Origin: Phaeosaccion multiseriatum
Lineage: Eukaryota; Protista; Ochrophyta, other classes
NCBI GenBank assembly: GCA_965112735.1
Contig: OZ218956.1
Location: 2,232,001 to 2,296,000, forward strand
DNA length: 64,000 bases
Direction of reading: 5' to 3'
Shown here: positions 23,591 through 36,989 of the stretch, in pieces
Numbering within the stretch: position 1 is the first letter of the stretch
Layout: each line of letters begins with the position of its first letter
Translations under genes and position numbers: made by a program
The notes under the pieces: model-generated
Databases searched by the model: none
The model's input: only the letters and a program-made list of their open reading frames with translations
What the model was told of the DNA's origin: nothing

Positions 23591-26500
23591 TCACTTGCCC
23601 GAGGTGGCTGCTGCCTGCTGCATATACCGCTCAATATCCGCCGCCCCGTGCAGCTCCTTCTCCGCCACCATGGTCTCCGTGGAGGCCACGAACCGTACCG
23701 TCCCAACTAACATCTCCGCCCCTGACGCCACAGGGAACGACTCGCTCTCCTCATGCATCCTACTGAGACGGAACCACGTGCCATTGGTGGACGGTTTCGA
23801 GGCCGTCCCGTCCAAAATCTCCAGGCAGTCCTTCTCTCCGTTGAACTCTACCCTTGCGTGCTCCCCGCTGATGCTCGAGTCGATGCCTGTGACGGTGCCA
23901 TTGACCTCCTGGCTAAAGGTGATGGTGTTGGCTTGCTTCCTCCCCAACGAGGCGCCAGACAACCCTACTTGGTACTCGCGGTTCTGAATGGGGGTGCCTT
24001 CTGGGGCGAAGCACCTTAGCGTCACAGACCGGTACCCTGCCTGCTTGTCGAGAGTATCGAGCCAATGAATGACACACGACCACACCCAAGAGAAAGGGGG
24101 AAACAATACGACAGCAAGGTATCGTAGCAAGAGGGGTTTAGTTGTCGTAGAAAGAGGAGTAAAACAAACAAAAAATAAAAAAAATGCTCCTCACACACTC
24201 ACTCCTCCTTCCCCCCCCCCCCTCGTCGCACTAGCAAAAAGAGCCCCCCCACAACGCCGCACGAACATAAAACGCGCGCCATAAACGGCTTCCATCCTCC
24301 TCTTACCGCCAGTTTCGCCTCCCGCGCTAACATCTGCTCCACCACCTTGGTATCGGGGGGAGGTGACGCCCTGCTCGTCTCCACCCCCCCTGCAGCAGCA
24401 GCCGAGTCTGCATCTAACAAGACAACGTCGTCGTCCTCGTCGGCCCTCTCCGTTCCAGACACAGTCCCCGCCGCCGCCCCACCCTCCTCGGATTCGGCCT
24501 CCTTGCCCGCCATCTCTAGCCCACCGTCTTTGGATCCGTCCTGCATGTCCCCCCCTCCCTCCTTCTCCTCCCCCCCCTCTCCACTCGGAGACACACGCGG
24601 GCCTCTTCCTCCTCTCCGTTGGGCCGATCCTTCACCTTCATCGTCATCGAGTCCGTCGTCGCTGGTGCGAGGAGTGCGCGCGTCTGCAGGGTTCTCCATG
24701 TCTCGAGGATGTCGCATCGTTGCCTGAGCCTGTGTGGGTTTACAGAGAGAGAGAGAGGGGGGGAGGGGGATAGGGACGACGGGACAGACAGAGAGAAGAG
24801 AGAGGACATTTAGAGAGAGACGGCTAATTTGGGGGGGGGTGGGGGTGGGGGTCGGCTTGTTCACACGGACCGACAGACAGAGAGAGAAGCAGCTTACAAA
24901 CAAACATACACACTGTCACAGAGACAAAAAAAAGACAACGCCGCGAAGGATAAACAGGCATGCACGCACGCACGCACCCCCCCCCCCCCCCCCACCACCC
25001 AGACAAGCTCTAGCCATGAAGAAAGGGAAGGAAGGAAGGAAGGAAGGAAGGGCACGACAAGCTCACACGCACCACAATCTCCATTCCACTGACGCCGCCT
25101 TCACTCTTGCATGCCGAGTCCTCATCCTCGTCGTGCTGGTGGCCGCGCTGTCCCTCCATGCCTTCAGCCCCAGTCCCACTGCTACCCTCACAAGCGTTCT
25201 TCGGCTCGGCTTGCTCCTCGGTGGTCCCTGCCTGCTCCTCACCGCTTGCCGCTTCGGAGACCACAAGCTGCGGCGACACACACACAGATTGGAATGGATG
25301 GGGGGATAAGGGAAGGGGGGGAGAGGGGGGGGAGACGACAGGGAAGGGAAGGCAAGGGGAGGGAAGAGAAGACACAGGTTTTGGGGGAAAGAAAAGAGGG
25401 GAGGAGGAGTATTCCACAGCGGTTCTGTACGGGGATGGGATAGTCACCAGCTTGAGACGGAGGTGAAAGAGAAGCGCTGTGATGGTGATGAGGGTACTCG
25501 AAGGGAGATGGGTTTGCTAAGGGGACAACCCTACGTATGCCTAGCGTGGTACTTAGCAATGAGAGGAAGGAGTAACGCACCTGATGCTTCCCCAGCATGA
25601 TCATCATCCCCGGGTGAAGAGGCTTGGGCGTCCCGTACGGTACGCGCACAAAGGTCCCACCTGCGGACCCAAAGTCCTGCGTTACAGCGACAGTTACAGC
25701 GACGGTTTCATTCGAGTATGTGAGGGGTCAGAGAGCGCGTGGAACAAGTACTCAGCAAAGGAGAGATTGAGGGGAAGTGCCAAGAGAACCTTCCTAAGTA
25801 ACAGTTAGTTGTTCCCCCCTCCCACTCTCTCTGGTGCTCTCTCCCTCTTTTGGAGGCGAAACAGACCACGCACCTTGAGAAAGAAGGTCTTCGACGACGG
25901 CTCGAACAATATCTCGAAGTGCCTGAAACAAGACATGCCGAGCGGGGTTGGGTTTGTACGGGTCGGGTAGGGCATGTACAGAGGGTACAGAAGGAGGTGC
26001 AAAGAGGGCGTGAGACGAGGGGTGGGGACCGACCATCCCAGACTACTCGGAGCAGAGCTAGGAAACGAAGAGACGAAGATGGTGGGAATAAATGGAGGAA
26101 ATGAGATGAAATGAACGGCAACCGACCCGTGAGCTGTGCAGCTTCCTCCCTGATCTACTACCTACCTGCGGCTGACGGTGGCGTCACTAAAGTGCATAAA
26201 GTCGCAACCATTCAGCACCGCTGGCTGCTTGCGTCCCCCGATGCAGCCACGCTCCGTCACCCGGAAAGACTTGCCGTTCCAATCACTTTCTACGGGGCCT
26301 AGGCACTTGAGGATCAGCACTTGCTCCTGCGGCGGCGGGGTAAAGGAATGTATACAGGTCGCAACCCAGTGGAGTTAGCTCGTGTCCATTCCTATGAACC
26401 CAAACAGTCTCTGTTGATCAAGTGCACGCACGCACACACGCAAACGCATGCACGCTTGTGCTTGCGTGTCTAGTTCTACTCACGGGTACGAGTGCGAACC

Positions 26501-27101
26501 GGTAAGGAGCATTGGGCCCATCGTCCTCGCCCTCCTCCTTGACATAGAGGCCCTCTGCGCCCTCCTTAATGAGATCTTTGATCAGACGCTTCAAGTTGTG
26601 GTTGGCCACCAGTAGCAGGTGGTCCATGGGTTGACCGGTCTGTTGGGGAGTGGAGTGGAGTGTGGGGCGGGGAGACGAGAAGGGGAGACGAGAAGGGGGC
26701 CTGAGGACGCAAGTTCATCCATATGACTAGGAATAGAAAAAGCTTAAAAAGGAATTAATGGCCGTTAGCCAACAGCTACCAGCACCCCCGCCGCCGTCAC
26801 TACGCAACCCTAAGGCAAGTTCGCCCTCGCCCCGCGCAGCCCTTCTTCACTCCCGCTTTTCCCTCTCGACCTCTCTCCCCCACAGCCTCCTCACGATTCG
26901 AAGCCTCCACTATACAAGGCTTTGTAGAACCAAACCCACCTTCGGAGAAGTGTCGTGGTTCCTCAGCCACATCTCGATCGCCTCCTTGTCGTATGTGTGG
27001 CCGTCTGCCGCTATCACAGGCTCCCGCATCAGCTCTCTCGTGATGGGGCAGGCAAACTCATCCCGTAACCGATGCCCCTTGACCAGCACCGGCTTCAGCA
27101 T
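23591..27101 (-). CDS. U-box + FHA + acidic linker + FHA protein (putative phospho-dependent E3 ubiquitin ligase); about 8 exons
   Basis: U-box [32 protein letters not shown]…TSPK|TGQPM…[11 protein letters not shown]1 IGGRK…DATVSR|RHFEI…LK|DFGSAGGTF…GMMIMLG. FHA2 SLGRK…[11 protein letters not shown]…STNGTWFRL. Confidence 0.88.
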
Positions 27102-27555
27102 GGTGCTTCCGCCGCTGGTCGAACCACCCCCTTCTCTCTACCCTCTCGGAATAGGGCTGAGCTCGCTGCTGGTCGCAAAAGGGTTGGTAATTGCTGCTGT
27201 TTGGTATACGGGCGGCGTGGTCGATCGTGGGCCAAAGCTTTCCCACCTACAGTGGTGTGTGGCTGGGCCAGCGGCGCAAGTCCACGCCCTGCGTGCACAA
27301 CACCTCCAAAGCCCGCCTCTATTCCTCCCACTTTAAAGCCCGCCTTGTGCTTCGAATACACCTCTCCTCTAGGGGGGGGAATACGTTTTTAAACCATTTG
27401 CCCCACGGCTTTCGTCGGCCCCTTTGGCGCTACGTAAGCGTCTCAAGACCTTCCCCTCCTACTTCCTCCCCGCTCTTCCGACGCACTCGCTCCTTTTCGT
27501 AGCGTGCCTATGGAGTTCTCTGCAGGCCGATTGCTAACGCGATTCCGGATCAGCA

Positions 27556-29435
27556 ATGTCATTTTTTCAGACGGCCAAGCAAGGTCCCCGGGGGAACGCG
27601 GGCTTTTTAACAACCCACTTCATCGCACTTTCTCTATTGTGGGTTGTGGGAATGCCGGCTTTCAAGCAAGATGCCACGGCCTCTGCCTTAGTAAGACAGG
27701 GAGAGCACCCTGAGACTAGTGGTCTCCTTGCGGTAGTCGGCTGGGGATGGGCCGCTGACTACTCCAGCAGCTGCTCGAACGAAAAGGAGAAGGACGGACA
27801 ACCTTCTGCTCAAGATCAATACGCAACGTTTTTGGCAGGGCTTGAGGCTCTCGGAGCCAGGACGAGGCACCACCAGCGCTCTCAGTGGAACGATGACAGA
27901 GAATCTGCTCCGAGTGGTGCACCGAGCAGCAGCGATGGTAGCAAAGCGAGGGACGGGGGGGAGGAAGATCGGGCGGGAAACGCAACCCCGCCCCCCCCGA
28001 GTTTGTTCCTTATGCAGGCGCCCCACCTGCATGTGACCGTTGCCACTCTCTCATCCTTCACGGACACCAGCAGCCCATTCTTCTACCTTGGGCCAGAGGG
28101 GAAGAAGCGGGTCGTCGAGGCATGGGGGCAGGCGCTGGAAGCAGCTCTCGAGCGTCGAAAGGAAAGGGAGGGTGCCATCTTCCCATTCGAGCTGACTATC
28201 AATGCCCCGATCCTCACGTCCAGCGCGGGCGTCTTTTTGCTCGAAGATCACGGACAGAACTTGGAGGCTCTGCGAAAGTGCGTTCGGGAAGCGGCTCAGG
28301 TACACAGTATTGCAGCGTTTCAGGAATCCTGCCGCCTTTGCGATTTGTTTTCTCGCTTAACCGTTCCTTGCACTACCGCCGGGATGTCGCTGCGATGCTG
28401 CTGCTCACAGGACCCAATCATTGAAGAGCTAAGTGATGAGCTGCTGAGGGAGGAGAAGTCGAAACGACAGGACGCAAGGAGCGGCGGTGTGCCTGGAGCA
28501 GTGATAAAGCCCCTACATGCGCTGCTCAAGGTCCCCAACATTGTGCACTCGACTTGCTTTCGGTCAGTCATCATTCATAGATCTGAAGCGCTTGCTCTCC
28601 CTGCCTTCCCTTGCTTCGGGAAGAGATGTTATCTGCATTTGCCTCGGTTGCCCCGTGTGCTCGGCTCGCCAACACTCTGTATGAATGTCATGTCCCCGTT
28701 TCATTTGCGCGAATGAACCATTCAGCTTTGCCGCCCCCGTGGAGAACTGTGAGGCCTTTGAACGGGACTTTATCGAGCTAAGTGCCCGGTGGAGACCCGT
28801 GAGGATACACGTCAGTGCAGTGCAAATGGTGCAGGTCGGTGCCGTGCAGTCTTCGAGAGAGGGGAAGGAAGGAGAGGAGGACCAGAAGGAGAGAGAGGAG
28901 GAGGAAGGGGGAAGGGGAAAGACGGAGTCTCGGAGGCTAGATGATCCTTTTCCTTTTCTTCCTTACTGCTACTTATTCCTTGGTTGCTGCTGCTCCTTCT
29001 GCTGCTGCTGCTCCTGAATCTCTCTCTCTTGGCCTTTCCTGTGCCGCGTCGAGCCGCCCCCCCCTTCGAATGGGCCGCACCCTATATTCCAACGTGCACT
29101 GTCATCGCCGCAATAATCGCTTTCAACGGCAGGGTTTCGGTTGCTGCTGCTGGCCTTGCTTACTACACTCTTCTGTGCTGTGTTCCTAACGCCCATCTAT
29201 GTGCCCCTCTCTCTCCGTTTCTCCCTTTCAATCTCCCTCGCCCTTTCTCTCTCTTCTTCTCTCCATCTATCTCCCTTTCTTCGCCCCCTCCCCTTCCTGT
29301 CCCGCCCCCCCCTCTGTCTGTCTCGATCCGCCAATGGCGCGGCTCCCTCCATTGCAGGAGTATCAACCATACATGCAAGTCTCGAGGGAGAGGGGGGAGG
29401 TCTGGTGCTTTCCCCCTGCTGCGCGAGGGACATGA
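27556..29435 (+). CDS. 2H-phosphoesterase superfamily protein; exons ~27556 (or 27652)-28299, 28411-28562, 28726-28834, 29358-29435
   Basis: Two Hx[ST] motifs, PHLHVTVATL and PNIVHSTCFR|F. In-phase GT-AG junctions, ending EYQPYMQV…TGA. Confidence 0.7.
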
Positions 29436-30182
29436 GTCCTCAAGTGCAGAGCAGGAGTTGGCTTGCTGGCCTGCAGTGACACTTGAGCACGCCGACCACA
29501 CTATTGCGAAGAGCCGACCTTTTGCGACAAGATAGACCGAGCGAGCCTACCCCCTTGTACTACACCCACCCGACGGTGCCCGGGGTCTTTACTGATTTAT
29601 ACATTGTAGGATGTGGGGAGGAACGACTGAAAAAATATAAGATACACACAAACAGCAGTGATAGTGTGGTGTGTGCAGAAAAAGCCCAAAACATGAATCT
29701 ATTGTATTACTTTACTTCACCGCTTCTACCCTTTCCCTTGGGTCCCTTTGGACTCTACCGCCGTCGCTAAGCCCTCCTTGTGGAGCAAGCGAGAGAGGAC
29801 ATAACATGCCCCTCTCCCGCTAGTCTTTGCGCCTCCCTCCCCCCAAGCCCCTCCCTGTCTTATCGCCTGCTCCTGCCCCCCGTCCCCCTCTCTGTGGCGG
29901 TGGAACAAGTTGCAGCGTGTGTTGGCGCATCTCTGCACCACCCGCATGATCCAACTACCACAAGATAATCAATGCCCAACCCGCCACCCACCCACTCATG
30001 CGCAGTGGTGGCCTCTCGTGCCCTCTTTCCCCTCGCCCGCCTTCTCCATCCCTGCCAGTGGCGGCTGCTGTCTCGCTCCTTCCGTGTGTGTGCGTGTCGC
30101 TCTGCTGCCGTCACATGTGTTTGGTCGGCCCTTCTATGCAAGCATCGGCCTGACCGCCCCGTCGGTGGGCCGCACCGCACGT

Positions 30183-30449
30183 CTATGCAATGAGGAAGAA
30201 AGACCCTGGCTCGCGGTCACGACTCTTGCCAAACTGTCTTCGGATGACCACCGCCAGGGAGCAGAAGAAGACGGAAAGACAGATGAGGATGAGCATCAGC
30301 CGAATGTAGTTGGTGGCGAAGGGCTCCAGGGTCTGGTTTCGGATTGTGCCAATGCCATCGACCAATTGGTCGTTACTGGCAGCAGCGAAGCTGAGCAGCG
30401 CCATGAAGGCCGCCATGAAAGTAACACATGCGCTCGCCTGGAGTCCCAT
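30183..30449 (-). CDS. Small (88 aa) single-pass membrane protein with signal peptide
   Basis: MGLQASACVTFMAAFMALLSFAAA-S signal, an NQT sequon, TM helix LMLILICLSVFFCSLAVVI, then basic RRQFGK. No homology recognised. Confidence 0.45.
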   Translation of the reverse strand: MGLQASACVTFMAAFMALLSFAAASNDQLVDGIGTIRNQTLEPFATNYIRLMLILICLSVFFCSLAVVIRRQFGKSRDREPGSFFLIA

Positions 30450-31447
30450 CTTGCTAGTGTAGTCGAATATTGTGTGTTGATCTGTCGGTGTATGCGAGTA
30501 GCAGTACAGCAGCAAGAGAGGCAACCGGCAAAGATGGAGATCAGATCACGGGGCCCTAATTTGTATGCGAGAGCGAGAGAGCGAGAGCCAATTTGTATGC
30601 GAGAGCGAGAGAGCGAGAGGAGGAGGCTCTTCGCTGCTGTTGGATACGTGTCCAACTTTAGCCCGCCATTGCTGCTTACGCTCCTTCTCTTTCTCTTTTT
30701 CCTCCTTTACTCTCGCCTGCTCTCGTGGTGATACCCACAAGCTCCCAGAAGGGCCAGCTGGTGATGTGGATCATACCGACAGAGGTAGTAGCACCAGTTA
30801 TACCCGCATCAGCACCGTACACGCGCAGCGGCAGCAGCGACAGGCAGTGTGCCCTCTGCTGTGAGGGCGGGCAAAAGACACCGCTCCTTTTCTTCCCGTG
30901 TTCTTCACGACTTTCCTCCCCAAAGCCCGGACCCTCTCTGACCATTCCTCAGCCTCTCCTCTCTGAGGAAGGGCGCAGCTCCCCCCCTTTCGTCCTCCCC
31001 CGCCACGCTGCTTACCTCTCGTTCGTGAGCAGAAAGTGAGTACGCCGTTGTTCACAAAAAGCCAGCAAAAAAAAAGGCGGCGGCTTCGAAACCGAGTGGA
31101 CGAGTGCGTACACATATATGTGAAAATTTCCGTTTCACCTTGATAGCACAACTTTATGCGACGGTTTCACGTTTCAGTCTTTTCCTTTTTCCCTGTTATT
31201 TCCCCCTTACTTCCTACTTGTCCTTTAAAGAGGGAGGGAGGATCTACTTTGGCTGCGCGGAGTAGTGCTTAGCATGACAGAGCAGGAGATACTGCCCACA
31301 AGGGAGGAGGATCCCCTTTCTGGGAAATCTAAGGTGCAATTCTCGCTCACGTACGAAACATGTCCTTCCCTCCTCCCTCCTAAAACCCTCCTCCCCTCCA
31401 CCCTCCTCCCGGCTCTCGCTCCCCCTCTGCCTGCCCAGCAGGGGACG

Positions 31448-33929
31448 ATGTCCTCAGCAACTTCTTGGTGGGATAGTCGAAAGCATAAGATCACGCCCGC
31501 CCCCTCTACTGGACGACAGAAGAAGACTCAGACTCCAAGACGTAAGGTCAACTCCAGGAGTCTTTCCGCGCCTTTCCGCGTCCTCGAGAACAATAGCTCC
31601 ATTGGTAGAGAGGTTATGGGTGGGGTTTTGGGGTGGATGAGCATCGTGTCATCCCTGCCCTTCTATGTCCGGCTCTTTATTGGATCGGAGGTAAGCGGAC
31701 AAGGTCGTGAGAAGTCATCAATGCTCGAATTGTTGTCTGCCTTGTTGTTTGACCAATCCTTCCTCTGTGGTACCCTCCCAGACGTACGATATAACAGCAA
31801 CGGTCCAGCTATACCTTCTCTTTGCGGGCCTGGCTACGATTGGCCTGGGGCTGTTGTTCAACTTGCCCTTCGTCATCGCCCCCAGCGTGGTGTACGCAAC
31901 TAGTGCAGGAAACTATGGTGCAAGCTTTACCCTCGGAGGCACGCTTGCTTCGCAGTTTCTCGGCAATCTTTTGTGCGGCGGGATCATGGTTCTTCTCTAC
32001 ATGACGAATGTCCCAATTCTGAGGCTGTTGTCCTCTCCTTTGCGCATTGGCATCGGTTGCGGGCTCTCCATACTCATCGCCATGCTTGGGCTCCGAGGAA
32101 TGGGAATCCTCGAGAGCAACAGCTTTACTCTCCTGCCCCTCGACTGGCCTCCGGTGCTGGGAATGGTGGTTATCGTCATCAGCTTCGTTGACAACATTAC
32201 CGGTGTGAAGAAGTGGGTACTGGCGCTCGGCATACCCCTTCTCATCACTCTCATCATCTACGCCGTCAAGTACTCGGAGCTGTACGACGGTTTCACGCAG
32301 CTTGGAGGCGCTTGGCATAGCATGGACAAAGGGACACTCACTGCCGTAGACTTCGACGACCTCAAGAACGAGTCCAAGTACTTTGTCTACGTGCTGTCCA
32401 CGGCCACGTCGCTTCTCCTCAACATCTCCTCCTGCCTTCTCATTTTGGTGGACTCCACTTGCTTGGATGGCATTCGGAGTGTTTCCAACGTCACTGGGGC
32501 TTCTCCCGAAATTAGTAATCTCATAGGTAGGTGATAGTTAGTGGGTTGGTCCAACATGAAATAGGATAGGTTCCACTCGCCGGGGGGAGAAGGGGGGGGG
32601 GACCATTACACAAAACTATCCATGAAAGGAGTAGGCACCTCCTCTAACTCTAGCCCTACAACCCAAACCCATTGCAGGCGCATCAACAAAGTTTAGGAGC
32701 ATCTCTCTTTACACTGTGCTTTGCGGGGCTCTTGGGAATCTTTTGGGCGTCTCTTCACCGGCCATCTTTGTTCAGGTAGGGCGTACGTGTGCTTGTGTGT
32801 GTGTGTGCGTGTGTGTGTGTGTGTGTGTGGGTGCGTGTCAGCGTGCGTGTGGGTGTGTGCGTGTGGGTGGGTGTGGGTGGGTGTGTGGGGATGGCTGTGT
32901 CCGATAGCAGAGAGCAGATACGGAGGAGGAGTTTTGGAGTCTCTGTGTTCGCTTGCTCGCTGATTGCGTGGCTGCTGGCTTGACTGACATCTCGGAGTGT
33001 CTTGTGTTGCGTCCCCTCCCCCTTCTCTGCCCCAGAGCATGATATGCATCTTCGCCGGAGCACGCACAGGCTTGTCGGCCGTTGTCACCGGAGGGCTCTT
33101 CATCCTGAGTGTGGGGTTGTGGCCCCTTCTCCCCATTATTGCCCCCAGCCACATCACTGGCGCACTCACCGTCATCATCGCACTGAGATTCTTCCCAAGC
33201 ATTGGAAGGCTGAGCTTTGCTCGTCCTGTGGACTGTCTGGCATTCGGGATACCGCTCATGCTCATACCCCTCACGTAAGTACTACGTAAGAACCTTTGTG
33301 GTGTTGCCCGACACCGCGTCGTTACATCATTACATCCGCCCCGCATCGAGCGACAAGAATGAGCGTATCGCACCACCTCTCATCCCTTCACTGGTGCTCC
33401 TACCACGCGCAGGCTTGACTTTGTATCCAGCCTTTCTCTCGCCGTGGTGTTGGTGTATCTCACGGAAAGGCTCGGCAAGTACCTGGGCGCTGATGCATTG
33501 TCGTCTCTCCTCCGAGACATGGCATCAGTCCGCGACCGGGTCACGGTGTCCCGCCCGCTGTCGTCAGCCCACCGCCGGTTCTCGACAATGAATATAATGA
33601 CGCCGATGCCGAATGGACGCAAAGACGCTGAAGTACCAACAGAGCAACCGGTGCAGGAAAGTGAAATAACAACCACGCAACAGGGCGGCTCTGACCTGCC
33701 ACTGAGGCAGAGTCCTAACCCAAGCAACCCAAGACTCACACTGTTAGCGCCAGGAAGCGAAGGGAAAACCGGTAGTACATCACCTCCAGTGGGAACGGGG
33801 AGCAAGACCATCGGTACTACATGTATGCCCGGCACGGAGGAGGAGGCGCCGCGATCAAAGCAGGAAGTCCCCTTCTTACTGGCCATTGTCGCTCTCACTA
33901 CGCTCATCTACAGGGCGTTTGAGGACTAG
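31448..33929 (+). CDS. Divergent AzgA-like (NCS2) nucleobase permease; 5 exons
   Basis: FRVLENNSSIGREVMGG, LFNLPFVIAPS, PLRIGIGCGLSILIAMLGL, LGVSSPAIFVQ|SMICIFAGARTGLSAVVTG, APSHITGALTVI and multiple TM helices. Confidence 0.8.
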
Positions 33930-34128
33930 TGAAATGATATCGTTGTATATATATATATGGCAAGTACAAAGTCGGTGACGACCAGACGTCAACATGGTGG
34001 ACGGATGGCAATGGATGGCCAGGGCAGCTGGCCTGCCCCCCTATTGCATTTTAGGGCCTTTTTCTCTTCGTCGTGGATGAGTACTTGCTCCACCTCTCCC
34101 TGTTGGAGGGAGGTCGAAGCGAGGGGAG

Positions 34129-36902
34129 TCACCTCCGCTTCTTGTTGTCGGAGGAAGGGTAGTCACCTCCGCTAATGGCAGAGAGCCACATCTTCTTCCT
34201 CTTCCTCTGCTGGGCAGACAGAGCTGTACTTGTGGCGCCCTCGCCCCGACCCTCGTGCTTGCCCTCGCCCTCGCCCCCGTCAAGCCTGCTGCTCGTAGCA
34301 AGGGGCGGAGAAGGGCCAGAGAGCCGTTTCTCCTCTTCCTCGACTCGGAACCCTCCGCCACGATGGGTGCCACCACCAGCAGCAGCAGCAACAGCAGACT
34401 CGGGGTATCCGCTCGAGAACGAAGAGTAAAAAGGAGCAGAAGGAGGAACGGGGGCCCTCCTGGGGGGGGGGTTGACGAACACATCAGCAGTGGGCCTACC
34501 AGCAGCCGTCGCCAAGGTGGTTGCCAGCAAGTACGCCGTGAATGGGCTTGCCAATGCCGGACCTCGCCTTGGTGCGTCCTCCCACCGCTGCTGCTCCTGT
34601 AACAACCGGTCGGACACAGCATGGGCAGACTCAGACGAAGCAATGGCATCCCCCACCAGATCGAGGCCGGAGCGAGGACGGCCAGTAGCAGTATACTCAT
34701 GCTGGGGACGTGACGGTGGCAGGCTACCGCGGCCACTGCCCGGTCCATGCCACCGCCGCGCGCCTTCCTGCCATTCTTCCCCTCTGTGTAGTTGCTGCCA
34801 TGGCTCCTGCTGCCGCCGCCGCCGCTGCTCTTGCTGCTGTTGCTGCTGCTGCTGCTGCTGCGGCTGCCATTGTTGGTGCTGCCAATGCTCCTCTTCTTGT
34901 CGCTGCCAAGTCGCAGCGGCAGTCCCACGCCAGTGGAACACATTACCTTCTCGGTCCTCCTCCTCTCTAGTACTGCCCTGACGATAGCTGTCTCCCCTGC
35001 CGTCGCTGCCCTGTTCGCCCCCCCTTCCTCTCGATTCATGCCAAGGATGGTGTAGAGGAGGAGGAGAGCTGCTGCTCGAGAAGGGGCGGGGGGCGAAGTA
35101 AGGAGGGGGACTGTGAATCTGCGGCACGTACTCATGCGGGGGCGTCAATGACTGGGGTCCAGAGTCAGCCGAAGAAGCCTGCCACTGACCCCCTGCGGCT
35201 GCGAACCCGCTACCGCTGCCGCCGCTGTTCTTGCCGCCGTTGTTGCTGCTGCTCGCAATGGCGGTGGTGATAGGAGAAGCACGCAGTCCTCGGGCGGCAC
35301 TTGGCCCGGCGCTGCCTTTCCCACCACTCTCACCAACTTTCTTATTGGCGAGGAGGGATCCGTGCTCGGCGCAAAGGCCGAGTTTCTGAAGGGAGAGAAA
35401 GGGTTCGTACGTAAGCGGTAGTGGTTAGAGAGAGTGGCCTTGGCAAGTGCGCCAGCAGAAGAGTCGTCTATATGCGCCTCGCGGCTTATCCTCATTGGCT
35501 TTTGGCTGACCGAGTGGACTCGGACTCGCAAGAAGCTTGCTGCCTCCTCGTAGCCTCTGGCCCAGCGGTGTATCCTCCCTCCATGTGCCTTTGCCTTTGA
35601 GGCGTCTCCGCCAACACAGGCCCCCATCCTCCCACCCGGACCGTAGAGAGCGTCTCTGCCCCAGCTGTTGTGCGAATACAGTGTACGGAAACGCACACAC
35701 CATGCCCGCAAGCAAGCGAGACCACCCCTCTTTAAGAACGCACAGCACCCTGTTTCTCACCTTTGCGTACTTAGTACAGCCCGTGTGCGAGCAGCGCTTT
35801 CTCACAGCTCCTGTAGCATCGGTATGAGGAGTGAGGTAGTAGCAACAGAGGGCACGCAGAAGTCATTTCTTCATTCATTCCTTGGTTGTTGCTTGGGCGG
35901 TCTCCTTACGTCAGAGCAGCGACTTGGCTGGCAACAGTGACTGACTCACCATGCATGATACACAACCCTCCCTGCTGCACGTACTTATGGCAGCCATCCA
36001 CTTTGCAGCGGTTGCTCTTGACAACTCCCTGGAAGTGGGCCTTGCACAATCGAGCGTGCTGTGCGTACTTTGAACACCCTTCCCTCGAGCACATCTTGGT
36101 GGTAATGACGGCTCCTACGGGGGTTGGTACATCACAGCAAGCAAGCAAAGGAGGAAAAGGGGGGGGCAGCAGTATTGTCAATGCTTTCGAACCAACCATT
36201 CCATGGCTTCGACCCCTGACGCACGATCCGCTATCCGCTATCCGCTACCCGCTATCCACTATCGCCGGCGCCAGCCGGCGCGCTATCCGCTATCGCTGGC
36301 GCCAGCCGGCACGCGATCCGCTATCGCCGGCGCCAGCCGGCGCGCTATCCGCTATCGCTGGCGCCAGCCGATCCGCTATCCGCTATCGGCCGCCGGCCGA
36401 TAGTGCGTCAGGGGTCGACAATGGCTGGCCGCTCGTCCGCTGGTGATGACTTACCGTGCCGCATGCACCTGCCCCCCTGAATGACGTGCTTGTTACAGCC
36501 TTCGACCATGCAGCGCTTGCTCACGACTCGTGCGCCGTGCCTGACACATAGCCGATTTTGAACGACTTGGTTGCTGCATCCGGCTCCATCCGGCCCTTGG
36601 TAGCTGCACCTTTCCCTCTTGACCACTGCCCCGTGCGTCCTGCACACGCCCCCCTGCTGTATGTGCTTGTCGCAGCCAGGGTGGCGACACCGTCGGATGG
36701 GGGCACCATGTCGAACACACAGCCCGCCCTGTACCACGGAGTTCTTACACCCCTCAATCCGACACAGCTTCGCCTTCCTCTTCTTGCTGGTACTTTTGAC
36801 CGAAGCGGGCGGAGGGCCTTGTTCATTGGCGCTGCTGCCGCTGCTATTGAGGTTGACCTGCTGGTGGTGGTCGTCCTCCTTCTTGTTGTTGTTGTCTGCC
36901 AT
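34129..36902 (-). CDS. WRKY19-like CCCH zinc-finger repeat protein (7 fingers) with a Gln/Ser-rich C-terminus; exons 36902-36455, 36114-35950, 35810-35761, 35385-34129
   Basis: Seven C-x3-GC-x9-C-x2-H units (finger 3 has a longer first spacer). The last finger is completed only by splicing KYAK|KLGLCAEHG. Basic KKRK and RKRKK motifs. Confidence 0.85.
36209..36418 (+). mobile_element. MITE-like element type D (CCGCTAT repeats) inside intron 1 of the zinc-finger gene
   Basis: Perfect 16-bp TIR TCGACCCCTGACGCAC. Flanks CCATGGCT / CAATGGCT. Internal units ccgctatccgctatcgccggcgccagccgg. Confidence 0.85.
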
Positions 36903-36951
36903 CGTCTCTGCGCGGCTGGGCGGAGGGCTCTACGGCATCGAGGAGAGCTGC

Positions 36952-36989
<38 letters not shown>

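Noticed and set aside
27102-27250. TAG reassignment suggested by in-frame TAGs upstream of the U-box and zinc-finger ATGs
   Set aside because: TAG terminates the AzgA and coiled-coil genes, and no conserved domain is interrupted by a stop.
36209-36418. Introner (intron-generating transposon)
   Set aside because: The element lies inside intron 36454-36115 and supplies neither splice site.
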